A stretch of 64,000 nt of DNA from Squalus acanthias (lineage: Eukaryota): contig CM059431.1 of NCBI GenBank assembly GCA_030390025.1, positions 148,988,001 through 149,052,000 of the forward strand, written 5' to 3'. Shown here one piece after another: positions 1 to 12,549 of the stretch. The position numbers and the translations under genes are program-made. The notes beneath the pieces were generated by a model. The model was given only the letters and a program-made list of their open reading frames with translations, did not search any database and was not told the origin of the DNA. Position 1 is the first letter of the stretch, and every line of letters begins with the position of its first letter.

Positions 1-322
1 AGTCACCTCTAAATATTGCTCCCCCAATCCCTTCCTGACTGCAAAACGCTCTGCTCAACCTGCCGTTGCTAGCGGCAGCCGGTAATGCAGGGGGCGCCAC
101 TCAATATCTGCTCTGGGCTCTCCCGGGGCGTTACGCACTCGACTGACTTCACGATCTGCCAGCGCAGGAGATCGTGGCGGTAGTGTTTAGCCCCGCAGCA
201 AAATGTCTAGTTAATTTCTTGAGCGGCGCAAACAACGCCGCCCACGTGCGCTAGTTGCTTTGCGCACCATTAGCGCCCTCTTAAGGCGCTAACGGGAGGC
301 GCAAACCAACTGCAATTTACCC
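1..322 (-). mobile_element. Terminal (transposase-proximal) end of a PIF/Harbinger DNA transposon
   Basis: 1-276 is collinear with 63723-64000 (shared blocks CCACTCAAT, AATGTCTAGTTAA, GAGCGGCGCAAAC, CCATTAGCGC); ends AATTTACCC, the reverse complement of a GGG..AAATT terminus. Confidence 0.7.
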
Positions 323-348
323 TTTATCTCTGAATCACTGGGATAACC

Positions 349-486
349 ACATAATGATGACTCATTGCTTCCAGTCAGACATGGGGAAGCTAACTTCCTG
401 CTGATTACCTCCTACCACGCTGATTCAGCTGATGAATCAGCACATCTTCATGCAGAACAACAGTTGATTAAAGCACCGAGAGCAGC
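349..486 (+). mobile_element. Fragment of a second LINE family (CR1/L2 group), endonuclease region
   Basis: Similar to 1352-1490 and, in reverse complement, to ~48640-48775. Confidence 0.6.
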
Positions 487-1345
487 TTCGTTTTGAGGCG
501 CAGGCTGAAAAGGCTTTCTTAGCAGGGTCTTTCTGTGCTCCAGCGTTGATTTTCTGTTCCATTGTTTCTGTTGCCGCCGCTGTGTTGGGGCTACATTGAT
601 GGAGATGACAGAGGGGATTAGCGGCGGTCTGTCAAGCAGTCGTCAGCTCCTGTCATTGCGCGGGTGATGCCTACGTCCATGTTGTCCCTCGCTCGGACGA
701 TGACGTAGTCCAGCAGATGCCAGTGCTTGTAGTGAGGGTGTTGCCATGAAGTCTTGTATTTGTATATCAGACGAAACAAGATGTTGGTAATGACAAGGCC
801 ATGTTCTAAGCTTTGCGTCAGGAGGAGGGTACAGTTGGAGTTGGCTTCCCCTGCCCCCTCTCTGCAGATCACACATCGCTAGATGTCTGTGTCCTGTCCA
901 ACTCTGGCGTTAAAGTCGCCAAGGAGGATTAGCTTGTGGCCCGTTGGGAATCGGGATAGTGATTATTCGATGCTGGAGTTGAATTCCTCTTTGGCATCGG
1001 TGGTGTCTTCCAGTGTTGGGTTGCACGCAGTGATGACTGTAGCGAAGTGGTTCCCGGCTAGCTTGAGTCGCAGAGTCATGAAGCGTTCGTTTATTGCACA
1101 AGGGGAGTCTCTGAGAGGTCCAACTAGCTCATTTTTTATGGCGAAGCCTACCCAATGGAGGCGGCGTTCTTCTTCAGGTTTGCCTTTCCAGAAGAAGGTG
1201 TAACCACTGCCTTGCTCCTTGAGCTGACCTTCACCTTCCCGCCAGATCTCACTTAGGGCGGCGATGTCTATGTCGAATCGTCTAAGCTCCCTGGCAACAA
1301 TAGCAGTGCGGCGTTCCGGTCTGTCGATGTTGGGGTTTTCCATTG
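486..1345 (-). pseudogene. RTE-clade LINE, AP-endonuclease fragment
   Basis: ORFs RPERRTAIVARELRRFDIDIAALSE...GYTFFWKG and SWQHPHYKHWHLLDYVIVR are typical RTE endonuclease motifs; broken by stops/frameshifts. Confidence 0.9.
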
Positions 1346-1349
1346 CCTA

Positions 1350-1820
1350 AGGACATAATGAAGTGTCATGGCTTCCAGTCAGACATGGGCAAAGTAACTT
1401 TCTGCTGATTACCAACTACCACCCTGATTCAGCTGATGAATCTGCACATCTTCATACAGAACACCACTGGTTTGGAGCAGCCAGAGCAGACGGGCACAAA
1501 ATATACTCTCTGGTTGGGGAGGGGGTGACTTCAATGTCCATCACCAAGAGTGGCTCAGAAGAAACAATCATTAACCGAGCCCTGAAGAGCTGCCAGTCTG
1601 GGATTGCTGCAGGTGGAGGGAGAAACAACAGGGGAAATAGCCTGTGTGACCCCGTCCTCACCATTCAACCTATCGCATATGCATCTGTCCATGAATCTAT
1701 TGGTAGGACTGACCACTGCACCATATTTGTTGAGAATAATTCTCGTTATTCAGACTGAGGTCACCATTCATCGTATCCTGTGCCACTACCATCCTGCTCA
1801 GTGGGATGAAATTAGACAGA
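1350..1820 (+). mobile_element. Second LINE family, decayed endonuclease fragment
   Basis: NFLLITNYHPDSADES...HESIGRTDHCTI; homologous to minus-strand 48250-48780. Confidence 0.7.
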
Positions 1821-1954
1821 TTCAAGCGATCCCACAATCAACAGATCAGATTATTTCAAAGCTGTCATATCATTTCGTAAATGACATTTCCCCATAGTCC
1901 TGAAAATGTCTCCTTTTCAAGTATTTATCGAATTACCTTTTGAAAGTTTCTATT

Positions 1955-2330
1955 AATAAAGAAAGACTTGCATTTATAGAGCGCCCTTAACGACCTTTGG
2001 ATGTCCCAAAGCACTTTATAGCCAAAGACGTACTTTTGTTGTGAAGTCAGTGTTGTACTGTAGGAAACACGGCATCCAGTTTGTACACAGCAAGTTCCCA
2101 CAGACAGCATTGCAATAATGACCAGGTCATCTGTTTTAATGATGTTGATTCAGATAGAAATTAGCCAGAACACTGGGGATAACTCCGCTGCTCTTCTTCG
2201 AATAGTGTTACGGGGTATTTTACAATTGCTGAGAGAGAGCAGACGTGGCCTCGGTTTAACGTCGCATCTGAAAGACGGCCCATCCGGCAGGACAGTGCTC
2301 CCTCAGTACTGCACCTCCGACAGTTCAGCG
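1955..2330 (-). mobile_element. DeuSINE (SacSINE1/AmnSINE-like), 5'-truncated
   Basis: Reverse complement of Deu-domain motif (CCTCGGTTTAACGTCGCATCTGAAAGACGGC) and of the tail ...TATAAATGCAAGTCTTTCTT; similar to 14855-15290. Confidence 0.8.
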
Positions 2331-2775
2331 TCCCATCAGTATTGCCCCCTGCTCAATACAGTGCTCCCTCGGTACTGCCCCTTCCAAAAGTGCAGCGGTT
2401 CCTCAGTACTGATCCCTCTTCAGTGCAGCGCTCCATCATTACTGACCCTCCGACAGTGCAATGCTTCCTCAGTACTAACCCTCCAACAGTGAAGCGATCC
2501 CTCAGTACTGACCCTCCGACTGTGCAGCACTCCATCAGTACTGACCCTCCATCAGTTCAGCTGTCTCTCAGTACTAACCCTCCGACAGTACAGCGATCTC
2601 TCTGTACTGCCCATCCGACAGTGCAGCGCTCGTCAGTACAGAAGCTCCGACAGTGCAGCGCTTCCTCAGTACTGAACATCCGACAGTGCAGCGCTCCCTC
2701 TGTACAGAACCACCGACAGTGCAGCGCTTCCTCAGTACTGTCCCTCCGACAGTTTAGTGCTCCCTCATTACTATG
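2290..2775. repeat. 33-bp minisatellite (CCCTCCGACAGTGCAGCGCTCCCTCAGTACTGA-like)
   Basis: Roughly 14 degenerate tandem units; same unit on the opposite strand at 44830-46213. Confidence 0.9.
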
Positions 2776-3102
2776 CGTTTTGGGAACACAGGGGTGTTGA
2801 TGGTGCAGGATTACTGAGACTAGTTCCTTGACACAGAGTAGCTTCAAAGAGTTATGGTGAAACCTTTGTGTAAAAGTAGTGTTAAGAATTGAAGACTTAA
2901 CCGATTTTCTAGGCCCTTGTCTGCAGACATCGGCAGATATCAAATGTCACAGCCTGCTGACGAATTGGACTTAGATTTTGCCTCTCAAAGGCTCGACCTG
3001 AACCAATTCAGTGTCATTTGATATCTTCTGTGTCAATTTGCTCCAGGGGTGAAGAGATATAAGAGTTCTATCCAAAATTATTTACAAGCATTTCTGTCTG
3101 AT

Positions 3103-3365
3103 CTAAAACTGTTCTGTCCGTGTCCTAACGCGCACCAAGTCCCGTTCACAAACCACATCTGTGCTCGCTGATCTACATTGTCTCCCGGTTCGGCAATCCC
3201 TCGATTTTAAATTTCTCATCCTTGTCTTCAGCCCCAACTCATTGCCAAATGTCCAGTAAAGGATTTGCATCTCCAATATTCCAAACGTTAGTTTGTTTAT
3301 GTTTAGTATTTTACCGTAAGTACCTTTCACCCCCCAGGTCTGCAATTAGATTCCTACAATTGGCA
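3103..3365 (+). mobile_element. L2 LINE 3' ORF2 fragment
   Basis: Translates to RVLTRTKSRS..SVLADLH.LPVRQSLDFKFLILVF, typical of the L2 C-terminus. Confidence 0.65.
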
Positions 3366-3484
3366 TCAAGGGAGGAGGCACAGGCGAGGGGTTGGAATTC
3401 GGCTAGCACTGTAGCACAAAACAACACCAGCTCCAATTTACCCCTTCAAGTCACACACCATCCGTACTTGGACTTCAAAAATAA

Positions 3485-3703
3485 AATATCTTGGAATGTG
3501 GGCGTCGCTGGCAAGTCCAGCATTAATTGCCCACCCCTAATTACCCTGGAGAAGGTGATGGTGAGCCGCCTTACACAACCTAATGGCTTTCTCGGCCAAT
3601 TCAGAGGAGCAGTTGAGAGTCAACCACATTGCTATGGGTCTGGAGTCACATTTCTTCCAGAATGAGTAACGACAGCAGATTTTCCTCCCTAAAGGATATT
3701 AGT
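3485..3703 (-). mobile_element. tRNA-derived SINE, 3' half (split by CR1 insertion)
   Basis: Tail matches the 3' end of the second LINE family (46235-46320); appears to continue at 9786. Confidence 0.7.
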
Positions 3704-3783
3704 CATCGTCATATTCATAGAGTTGTACAGCACAGAAAGAGGCCCTTCGGCGCATCGTGTCCGCGCCGGCCATCAAGCCCTGT

Positions 3784-6520
3784 CTATTCTAAATGCTTCT
3801 TGAATGTTGTGAGGGTTCCTGCCTCTACCACCCTTTCTGGCAGTGAGTTCCTTATTCCAACCACCTTCTGGGTGAAAACGCGTTTCCTCAAATCCTCTCT
3901 AAACCACCTGATCCTTACCTTGAAACTAAGCCCCCTGGTTATTGACCCCTCTACTAAAGGGAAAAGTTCCTTTCTTTCTATCCTATCTATGCCTCTCATA
4001 ATTGTGTACACCTCAATCAGGTACCCCCCCCCCCCCTCATCCTTCTCTGCTCGAAGGAAAACAACCTTAGCCTGACCAATCTATCTTCCCATCCCAGGTA
4101 ACATCCTGGTGAATCTCCTCTGCATCCTCTCCAATGCAATCACATCCATCCAATAGTGTGGCGCACAGAACTGCACAGAGTTGCCTAACTAGCGTTTTGT
4201 ACAGCTCCATCATAACCTCCCTGCTCTTATACTTTAAGCCTCGGCTAATGAATGATAGTATCCCATATGCCTTTTTAATCACATTATCTACCTGTCCTGC
4301 TGCCTTCAGGGATCTACGTACATGCAAACCAAGATCCCTCTGATCCTCTGACTTTCCTAGGATCCTACCAATCATTGTGTATTCCCTTACCATGTTAGTG
4401 CTCCCAAAATGCATCACCTCACACTTTTCAGGGTTAAATTCCATTTAACACTGTTCTGCCCATCTAACCATCCCGTCTATATCGTCCTGTGGCCTGAGGC
4501 TTCCCTCCTCGCTTTTTACCACTCCACAAATTTTCTTGTCATCTGCGAACTTATTGATCAAACCTCCTACATTCAAATCTAAATCATTAATGTACACTAC
4601 ACACAGCAAAGGACCAAGCACCGATCCATGCGGTACACCACTGGACACAGGCTTCCAGTCACAAAAACAACCTTCGACCATCACCCTCTGCCTCCTGCCA
4701 CTAAGCCAATTTTGGATCCAATGTGCCAAATTGCCCTGGATCCCATGGGCTCTTACCTTCTTGACCAGTCTCCCATGTGGGACTTTGTCAAAATCCTTAC
4801 TGAAGTCCATGTAGACTACATCAACTGCACTACCCTCATCCATACACATAGTCATCGCCACGAAAAATGCAATCAAATTGGTCGGACATGATCTCCCCCT
4901 GCCAAAGCAATGCTCGCTATCCCTGATTAATCCATGCCTCTCCAAGTGGAGACTTAATCTGACACTCAACATTTTTTTTGCAATAATTTCCCAGCACTGA
5001 TGTTAGGCTCACTGGCCTGTCATTCCCTACTTTTTCTCTACTAACTGCCATGAACAATGGTACTAATTTAGCTGTTCTTCAGTCTTCTGGCACCTCCCCT
5101 GTGGCCAGAGAGTTTCTGACAATTTGTGTCAGAGCCCCTGCAATCTCCTCCCTTGCCTTACACAACAGCATGGGATACATCCCGTCAGCACCTGGGGATT
5201 TATCCACTTATAAGCCCAATAAAACCGCGAGTACCTCCTCCATCTCAATACTACTTTATTCAAGTATATCACAATCCCCTGAGTCATTTCTATGCCTGCA
5301 TCGTACTTCTCCATAGTGAACACAGATGCAAAAGATTCATTTAAAACATCACCTACATCTGCCGGCGCCACACACAGATTGCCACTTTGATCCCTAATGG
5401 GCCGTGCTATTTCCCTGTTTATGCACTTGCCCTTAATATACCTATAAAAAAACTTGGGATTTTCCTATATTTTGCCCGCCAATGTTTTTTCACGCCCTCT
5501 CTTCGCTCTCCTAATTTCTTTTTTAAGTATCCTCCTGCACTTTCAAGCCTCCTCTAGGGCTTACATTGTTTTTAGTCCTGTGTATCTGCCAAAAGCCTCC
5601 CTTTTTTCTCATCCATTCTTGTATATCCCTTGATATCCAGGATTCCATGGGCTTGTTGGTCCCACCCTTGAGCTCTATGGGAACATGTCGGCGTTCTACT
5701 CTTCTATTTCCTTTCTGAAAGAATCCCACTGCTCTGATGTGGTTAGCTGATCCAAATCCACTTTGGCCAGATCCTGCCTTATTATATTGAAATCGGCCTT
5801 ACCCCAATTTAGAACCATTATTTCCGGTCCATCTTTGTCCTTTTCCAGGACCAGCTTAAATCTCACCGAATTATGGACACTGTCACCAAAATGCTCTCCT
5901 ACTGACACGTCTACCACTTGCCCGGCTACATTCCCTAGAATTAGGTCGAGTACTGCCCACTCTATTGTAGGACTTTCTACATGCTGGCTCAACAAGCTCT
6001 CTTGGATGCACTTTTAGAATTCCGCACCCGCTTAGACTTTCACACTTTGGCTATCCCAGTTAATATTGGGGAAGTTGAAATCCCCTCGTATTATTAACCT
6101 ATTATTTCTACATTTCTCTGAGATGTCCATACATATCTGTTCCTCTCGCTCCCCCTCACGGTTTGGGAGCCTATAGTACACACCCAGCAATGTGCTTGCC
6201 CCCTTTTTGTTTTTATGTTCTCCCCATATGGCCTCATTAGAGGAACCTGATTTGATAACATCCCTCCTTACAGCAGTAATTGACACCTTGATTAATATTG
6301 CGAAACCACCTCCTTTTTTACACCCCCGCTGTCTCGCCTGAAGGTTCTACGCCTCGGAATATTGAGCTGCCGGTCCTGCCCCTCCCTCCACCATGTCTCT
6401 GTGATAGCAACAATATCATACTCCCATTTGTTCATCAACATCTTCAATTCATCTGCCTTACTCGCAAGACTCCTTGCATTAAAATAAATGCCATCCAGCC
6501 TTGCCATACTCCCTTGTGCC
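3784..6520 (-). pseudogene. CR1 ORF2 (AP endonuclease + reverse transcriptase), frameshifted
   Basis: YFNARSL, IVAITETW, GDFNFPNINW, LDLILGN, DFSKDFDKVPH, GVPHGSVLGP, KFADD. Confidence 0.9.
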
Positions 6521-6639
6521 ATTACATATTTGCTCTGACTTCCAGACTGACATGTTTCTTCCTCTATATTTGGCTGAGAATCACCCTCTGCTATAGCTCC
6601 ACTCCGGATCCCAGCCCCCTGCCAAGTTAGTTTGGCACC

Positions 6640-7587
6640 CACCCCCCCACCCCCAACAGCACTAGCAAAAATCCCCGTAAGGATGTTGGTCCGGTTCCGG
6701 TTCAGGTGCAACCCGACCGAATTGGACAGGTCCCACCTCCCCCAGAAGCAGGCCCAGTGATCCAGGAAACGAAAGCCCTCCCTCCTGCACCAAATCTTTA
6801 GTCACGCATTCATCTGCTCTGTCGTCCTATTCCTATACTCACTAGCTCGTGGCACCGGGAGTAATCCAGAGATTATAGCCTTTGAGGTCCTGCTTTTTAA
6901 ACTGCTACCTAGCTCCCTAAATTCTTGTTGCAGAACCTCATCCCTCTTTCTACCCATGTAGTTTGTACCAATGTGAACTACGATCTCTGACTGTTCGCCC
7001 TCCCCATTTAGAATGCCCTGTCGCCGTTCAGTGACATCCTTGCCCCTGGCACCAGTGAGGCAACCTACCATCCTGGAGTCACATCTGCGGCCACAGAAAC
7101 GTCTATCTGTTCCTCTTACGATAGAATCCCCTATCACTATTGCTCTCCCACTCTTTTTCCTCCCCTCCTGTGCAGCTGAGCCACCCGTAGTGCCACAGAC
7201 TTGGCTCTTGCTGCATTCCCCTGAGAAACCATCTTCCCCATCAGTATTCAAAACGGAAAATCTGTCCGAGATGGAGATGGACCCAGGGGACTCCCGCACT
7301 ACCTTCCTAGTGCTTTGACTCTGTCTGCCGGTCACGCATTTCATGTCTGCCTTTGCACTCTTTACCTGCGTTGTGAACACCTCGTTAAACGTGCTATCCA
7401 CGAAGATCTTAGCTTCGCGTATGCTTCACAGTGACTCCAGCCGCAACTCCAGGTCCGACACGCGGATTTCGAGTAGCTGCAGCTGGAGACACTTCCTGCA
7501 CATGTGTTCACCCTGGACACCTAAAGTGCCCCTGACTTCCCACATAGCACAGGAGGAGCACTCCACGCAGCCGCGGTGCCGTGCCAT
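6640..7587 (-). pseudogene. CR1 ORF1 (zinc finger/leucine zipper + SGNH esterase)
   Basis: CSSCAMWE..HMCRKC, then IVIGDSIVRG and VVHIGTN esterase motifs; internal stop. Confidence 0.85.
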
Positions 7588-7936
7588 ATCCTACCCTTAA
7601 CTTACTCCCTTTACTTCCTTTAAATTAAAGAATAATAAATACACTAGGGACCTTAATTCCCTTTAAACACTAATTACTCTAAACTAGAGTCCTTACTTTT
7701 ACTTTAACGACTGGACTGTAGAAATACTCACCAGGTCCTACTTACCAATCAGCTCCTTCCCAAGTTGTGACGTAAATTTAGCGATTTTGCAGATGTTGTT
7801 GTTTGACAGCTCCCGCTCTCTGATTCTTTCCTTGGTATAAAGTAAGAACCAATTCCTACAGTGTGAAAAGTTAGGAAAAACAAAGGCGAAGCAAGGGAGC
7901 TCCTCCTTCCAATCCTCACCTAACTCCCTGACTCCC

Positions 7937-9453
7937 TGCATTGCTGGTCATGTTCCAAAATTCTGTAGACACTGGAACAGTTCCCCTGGATTGGAGGGTA
8001 GCTAATGTAATTGCACTACTTTAAAAAGGTGGTAGAGAGAAAAAAAGGAATTATAGACCGGTAAGCCTGACATCGGAAGTGGGGAAAATGATAGAGTCCA
8101 TTATAAAAGAAGTAATAGCAGAGCACTTGGAAAACAGTGACAGGATCGGACAAAGTCAACATGGATTTACAAAAAGGAAATCATGCTTGACTAATTAACT
8201 GGAATTTTTTGAGGATGTAACTGGTAGAATAGATAAGGGAGAAGATGTGGTTGTGGTGTATTTGGACTTTCAGTAGGCTTTCGATAAGGTCCGGCATAAG
8301 AGGTTAGCGTGAAGAGTTAAAGCACATGGGATTGGAGGTAAGATACTGACTTGGATAGAGAACTGGTTGGCAGACAGGAAGCAAAGAGTTGGAATAAACG
8401 GGTCTTTTTCCGAGTGGCAGGCATTGACTAGTGGGGTACCGCAGTTATCGGTGCTAGGACCCCAGTTATTCACAATATATATTAATGATCTAGACGAGGG
8501 AACTCGATGAAATATCTCCAAGTTTGCAGATCACACAAAGCTCGGTGGGCGTGTGTGCTGTGAGGAGGATGCAGAGAAACTCCAGTATGATTTGGACAGG
8601 TTGGGTGATTGGGCAGATGCATGGCAGATGCAGTATAATGTGGATAAATACCAGGTTATTCACTTTGGTGGCAAACACAGGAAGGCAGATTATAACCTGA
8701 ATGACAATAGATTGGGAAAAGGGGGAGTGCAACGAGACCTGGGTTTCCTTCTGGACCAGTCGCTGAAGTTAAGCTGAAGTTGCAGCAGGCCGTTAAGAAG
8801 GCAAATGGAACGTTGGCCTTCATAGCGAGAGCATTCGAGTACAGGAGCAAAGATGTCTTGCTGCAGTTGTAAAGTGCCTTGGTGAGAACACACCTTGAGT
8901 TTTGTGTGCAGTTTTGGTCGTCTTATCTGAGGAAGGATGTTCTTGCCATGGAGGGAGTCCATTGAAGATTCAACAGACTGATACCTGGGATGGCAGGAAT
9001 GACGTTTGAAGAGATATTGGGTCGATTGGGCTTATATTCGCTAGAGTTTATAAGAATGAGGGGGGATCTCATTGAAATTTATAAAATTCTAACAGGACTT
9101 GACAGACTAGATGGGGGAAGTATATTCCCGATGGCGGGGGAGTGCAGAACCAGGGGCAACAGTCTAAGGATAAGGGGTAAGCCATTTCGGTCTGAGATGA
9201 GGAGGAATTTCTTAACCCAGTGAGTGTTGAACCTGTGGAATTCTCTACCACAGCAGGCAGTTCAGGCCAATTCATTATATATTCAAGAAGGAGTTAGATA
9301 TAATTCTTAAGGCGAAAGGGATCAAGGATATCGGGAGAAAGCAGGGACAGGGTACTGAATTTGGATGATCATCCATGATCTCATTAAATGGCAGAACAGG
9401 CTCGAGGGGCCGAATGACCTTCTCCTGCTCCTACTTTCCATGTTTCCATGTTT
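7937..9453 (+). mobile_element. 5'-truncated CR1 (RT to 3' tail) nested in the 5'UTR of the minus-strand CR1
   Basis: RT fragments; ends in TTTCCATG repeats. Confidence 0.9.
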
Positions 9454-9785
9454 CTTAACTCACCCAACTCGCAGCCCTCTGTTTAAACGCACTCAGTGCA
9501 AAATCGCAGTTCAAAGGCTACTTGTATATCTCCTGAAACGAAGGAGCTTGCTTGGTACTGCTGCAGGAGAACCAGTTTAATAAGATTTCCCTAATTAACT
9601 GCCTTCAGCTGCTCTGAATTGTAGGCCTTGTATATCCCTTCAGAACCCTGCTTAAAGCTGGGAAATTTAGATTTTAAACAGTAAACAGTAACAGTAAATG
9701 TGAGACAAACAAAAGTTTGATTTAGCAAACAGTTAAGACTCCCTCACTCACCTAACTCACAGCACTATGTTTAAACCGCTCTCAC

Positions 9786-9980
9786 ATTCGTGAACTAGAT
9801 GTGTTTTTACTACAATCCGGTAGTTTCAAGGTTACCATTCCTGACACTAGCTCTTTATTCCAGATTTGTTTAATTAATTTAATTTAAATTCCCCAGCTGG
9901 TGGGATTTGAACTACAGGATATTTCGTCCGGGAATCTGGTTTACTAGTCCAGCAACATAACCACAATGCTTCCGTACCCT
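9786..9980 (-). mobile_element. tRNA-derived SINE, 5' half
   Basis: Reverse complement has A-box-like (TGTGGTTA) and B-box-like (GTTCAAATCC) motifs; same body seen at 28122-28200. Confidence 0.7.
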
Positions 9981-10339
9981 TCAAATATATCGCTGTTACT
10001 CTATTGTTACTTTTTCAAAAGCCTGAAATTCCTTCCATAAGAGTATTGTGGGAGCACCTTCACCACACGGACTGCAGCGGCTCAAGATGAAGGCCCACCA
10101 ATTTCTCATGGATAAATAGGGATGGGCAAGTAATGCCGGACTTAACAGCGCCACCAATATCCTGAGAACAAATGAATATAAATAATAAAATGGGAATAAA
10201 ATCAATGATATTGTAATTAATTGATTGAAACCAGGCGAGACCTAAATCCTTGCGGACCTCCTGCTTCGCTAAACAAATTGTCAAAGCAACTTGGCTCATC
10301 AATTCTTTGGTTTTATGATTGATACTACTGACACTTTCC

Positions 10340-11120
10340 CAATTGCCCTATCCTTTCAAAAGGTGTTTGATAAAGTACCACATAATACCAAAATTGAAGC
10401 CCATTGGATTAAAGGGGCAGTGGAAACGTGGCTCGGAAATTGGCAAAGAGACCGAAAGTATAGGATGTTTTTCAGACTGGAGGGTATTATAAAATGGCGC
10501 CCCCCAGGGGTCAGCATTGTGACAACTGCTATTTTCATGTATATTAATGACATGGACTTTTGTATACAGCACATAATTTCAAAGTTTTCAGATGATAGGA
10601 AACTCTGAAATGTTAACTAACAGTGAGAAAGGTAGCAACACAAGACAGGAGAACATAGACAGACTGGTGAAATGGTCAGTTACATGGTAGAAACAATTTA
10701 ACACAGAGAAGTGTGAAGTGATACATTTTGATAGGAAGTATGAGCAGAGGCAATAGAAACTAAACGGTACAATTTTAAACTGGGCGCACGATCAGACAGA
10801 CGTGGGGAGTACTAAAGAAATGTTTGAAGGTGGCAGCACAGGTTGCGACAGATGCTAATAAAGCATACGGAGTCCTTGGCTTTACAAACAGAGACACAGA
10901 GCAACAAAATCCAGGAAGAAATGCTAACATTTTCTAAAGCACTGGTTAGGCCCCAACTAGAGCATTCTGTCCAATTCTGGGCACCACACTTTGCAAGCAT
11001 GTATAGGATTAGAGAAGGTTTAGGGATTTACCAGAAAGGTACCAGGGATCTGGGTCTTCAGTTACGTGAAGAGACTGGATAAGCTGGGTTTTTTCTTAAT
11101 AGAGCACCGAAGGTTAAGGA
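10340..11120 (+). mobile_element. Old CR1 RT fragment
   Basis: FQKVFDKVPH, ISKFSDD, KALVRPQLEHSVQFWAPH. Confidence 0.8.
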
Positions 11121-11121
11121 A

Positions 11122-12545
11122 AATAGAATTACAGAATGATAGAAATGTATGGCACAGAAGGAGGCCAGTCGGCCCATCGTGTCTGCGCCGGCCGCAAAAG
11201 AAACATCCAGCCTAATCCACTTTCCAGCTCTTGGTCCGTAGCCTTACAGGTTGTGGCACTTCAGGTGCACATCCAAGTACTTTTTAATGTGATGAGGGTT
11301 TATGCCTCTACCACCCTTTCAGGCAGTGAGTTCCAGAGCCCCACCACACACTGGGTAAAAAGAATTCTCAACTCTCCTCAAATCCTTCTACAAATTACGT
11401 TAAATCTATGACCCTGGTTATTGACATCTCTGCGAAGGGAATAGCTGCTTCCTATCCACTCTATCTACGCCGCTCATAATTTTGTGCACCTTAGTTAAAA
11501 CACTCCCTCAACCTCCTCTGCTTTATAGAGATCTAGAGTAACCTCTCTGCTGTTATACTCTATGCTCAGCTAATACAATCGCGTATCCTGTATACCTTCT
11601 TACCCACTAACCTACCTGTCCTGCTACTTCACGGATCTGTTGACATGAACTTCAAGTCCCTCTGTTCCACTACATTTCTCAGTATCTACCAATTATTGTG
11701 CACTCCCTTGCCATTTTAGCCCTCCCCACTTCCCGGATTGACTTCCATTTGACACTTTTCTGTCCACCTGAGCAGTCCATTGATATCTTCCTGTAGTCTA
11801 CAGTTTCTTCCTCACTATCAATCACACGGCCAATTCTTGTATCATCTGCAAACTTTTTAATCATCGAGGTCTAAATCAGTGGTAATTACCACAAACAGCA
11901 AGGGACCTGGTACAGAATCCTGCAGAAACCCAATGGAAACAGCCTTCCAGTCACAAAAACATCCGTCGACCATTACCCTTTGCAGCCTGTCACTGAGCAA
12001 ATTTTGGATCCAAGTTGCCACTTTCCCTTGGATCCCGTGGGCTTTTACTTTTTTTACCATCCTGTAATTTTGGACCTTGTCAAATGCCTTGCTAATATCT
12101 ATGGGGACTGCACGTAATGCACTACCCTCATCGATCCTACTCGTTACCTCCCTATCAAATTCAATCAAGTCACTCAGATACAACCTTACCTGTCTCTCTT
12201 AGCAGCCTGGGATACATTTCATCTTGGCCTGGTGACTTATCTACTTTCAAAGAAGCAAAACCTCTTAATACTTCCTCTCTTTCTATGCTTATCCTACCTA
12301 GTATTTTACAGTCTTCCTCTTTAACTACAATGGCTGCATTGTCTTTCTTTTCTGTGAAGACAGACGAAAAGTATTCCTGAAGAACCATACCCATGTCTTC
12401 CATCTCCACTCAGAGGTTACCTTATTGGTCTCTAATAGGCCCTACTCTTTCCTCGGTTATCCTCTTGCTCTTTATGTATTTATAAAACGTCTTTGGGCTT
12501 TCCTTGAATTTACTTGTTAATATCTTTTCATTCCCTCTCTTTGCT
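11122..12545 (-). mobile_element. CR1 fragment with 3' end near 11122
   Basis: KSPGQDEMYPRLLRE, DISKAFDKV, KFADD. Confidence 0.85.
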
Positions 12546-12549
12546 TTAA

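Larger units (their letters stand above)
3704..9785 (-). mobile_element. Near-full-length decayed CR1 LINE (contains nested CR1 at 7937-9453)
   Basis: Ordered 5'UTR, ORF1, endonuclease, RT (FADD) and 3' tail; flanked by ATTAGT (3698-3703) and ATTCGT (9786-9791) as a degenerate TSD. Confidence 0.85.
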
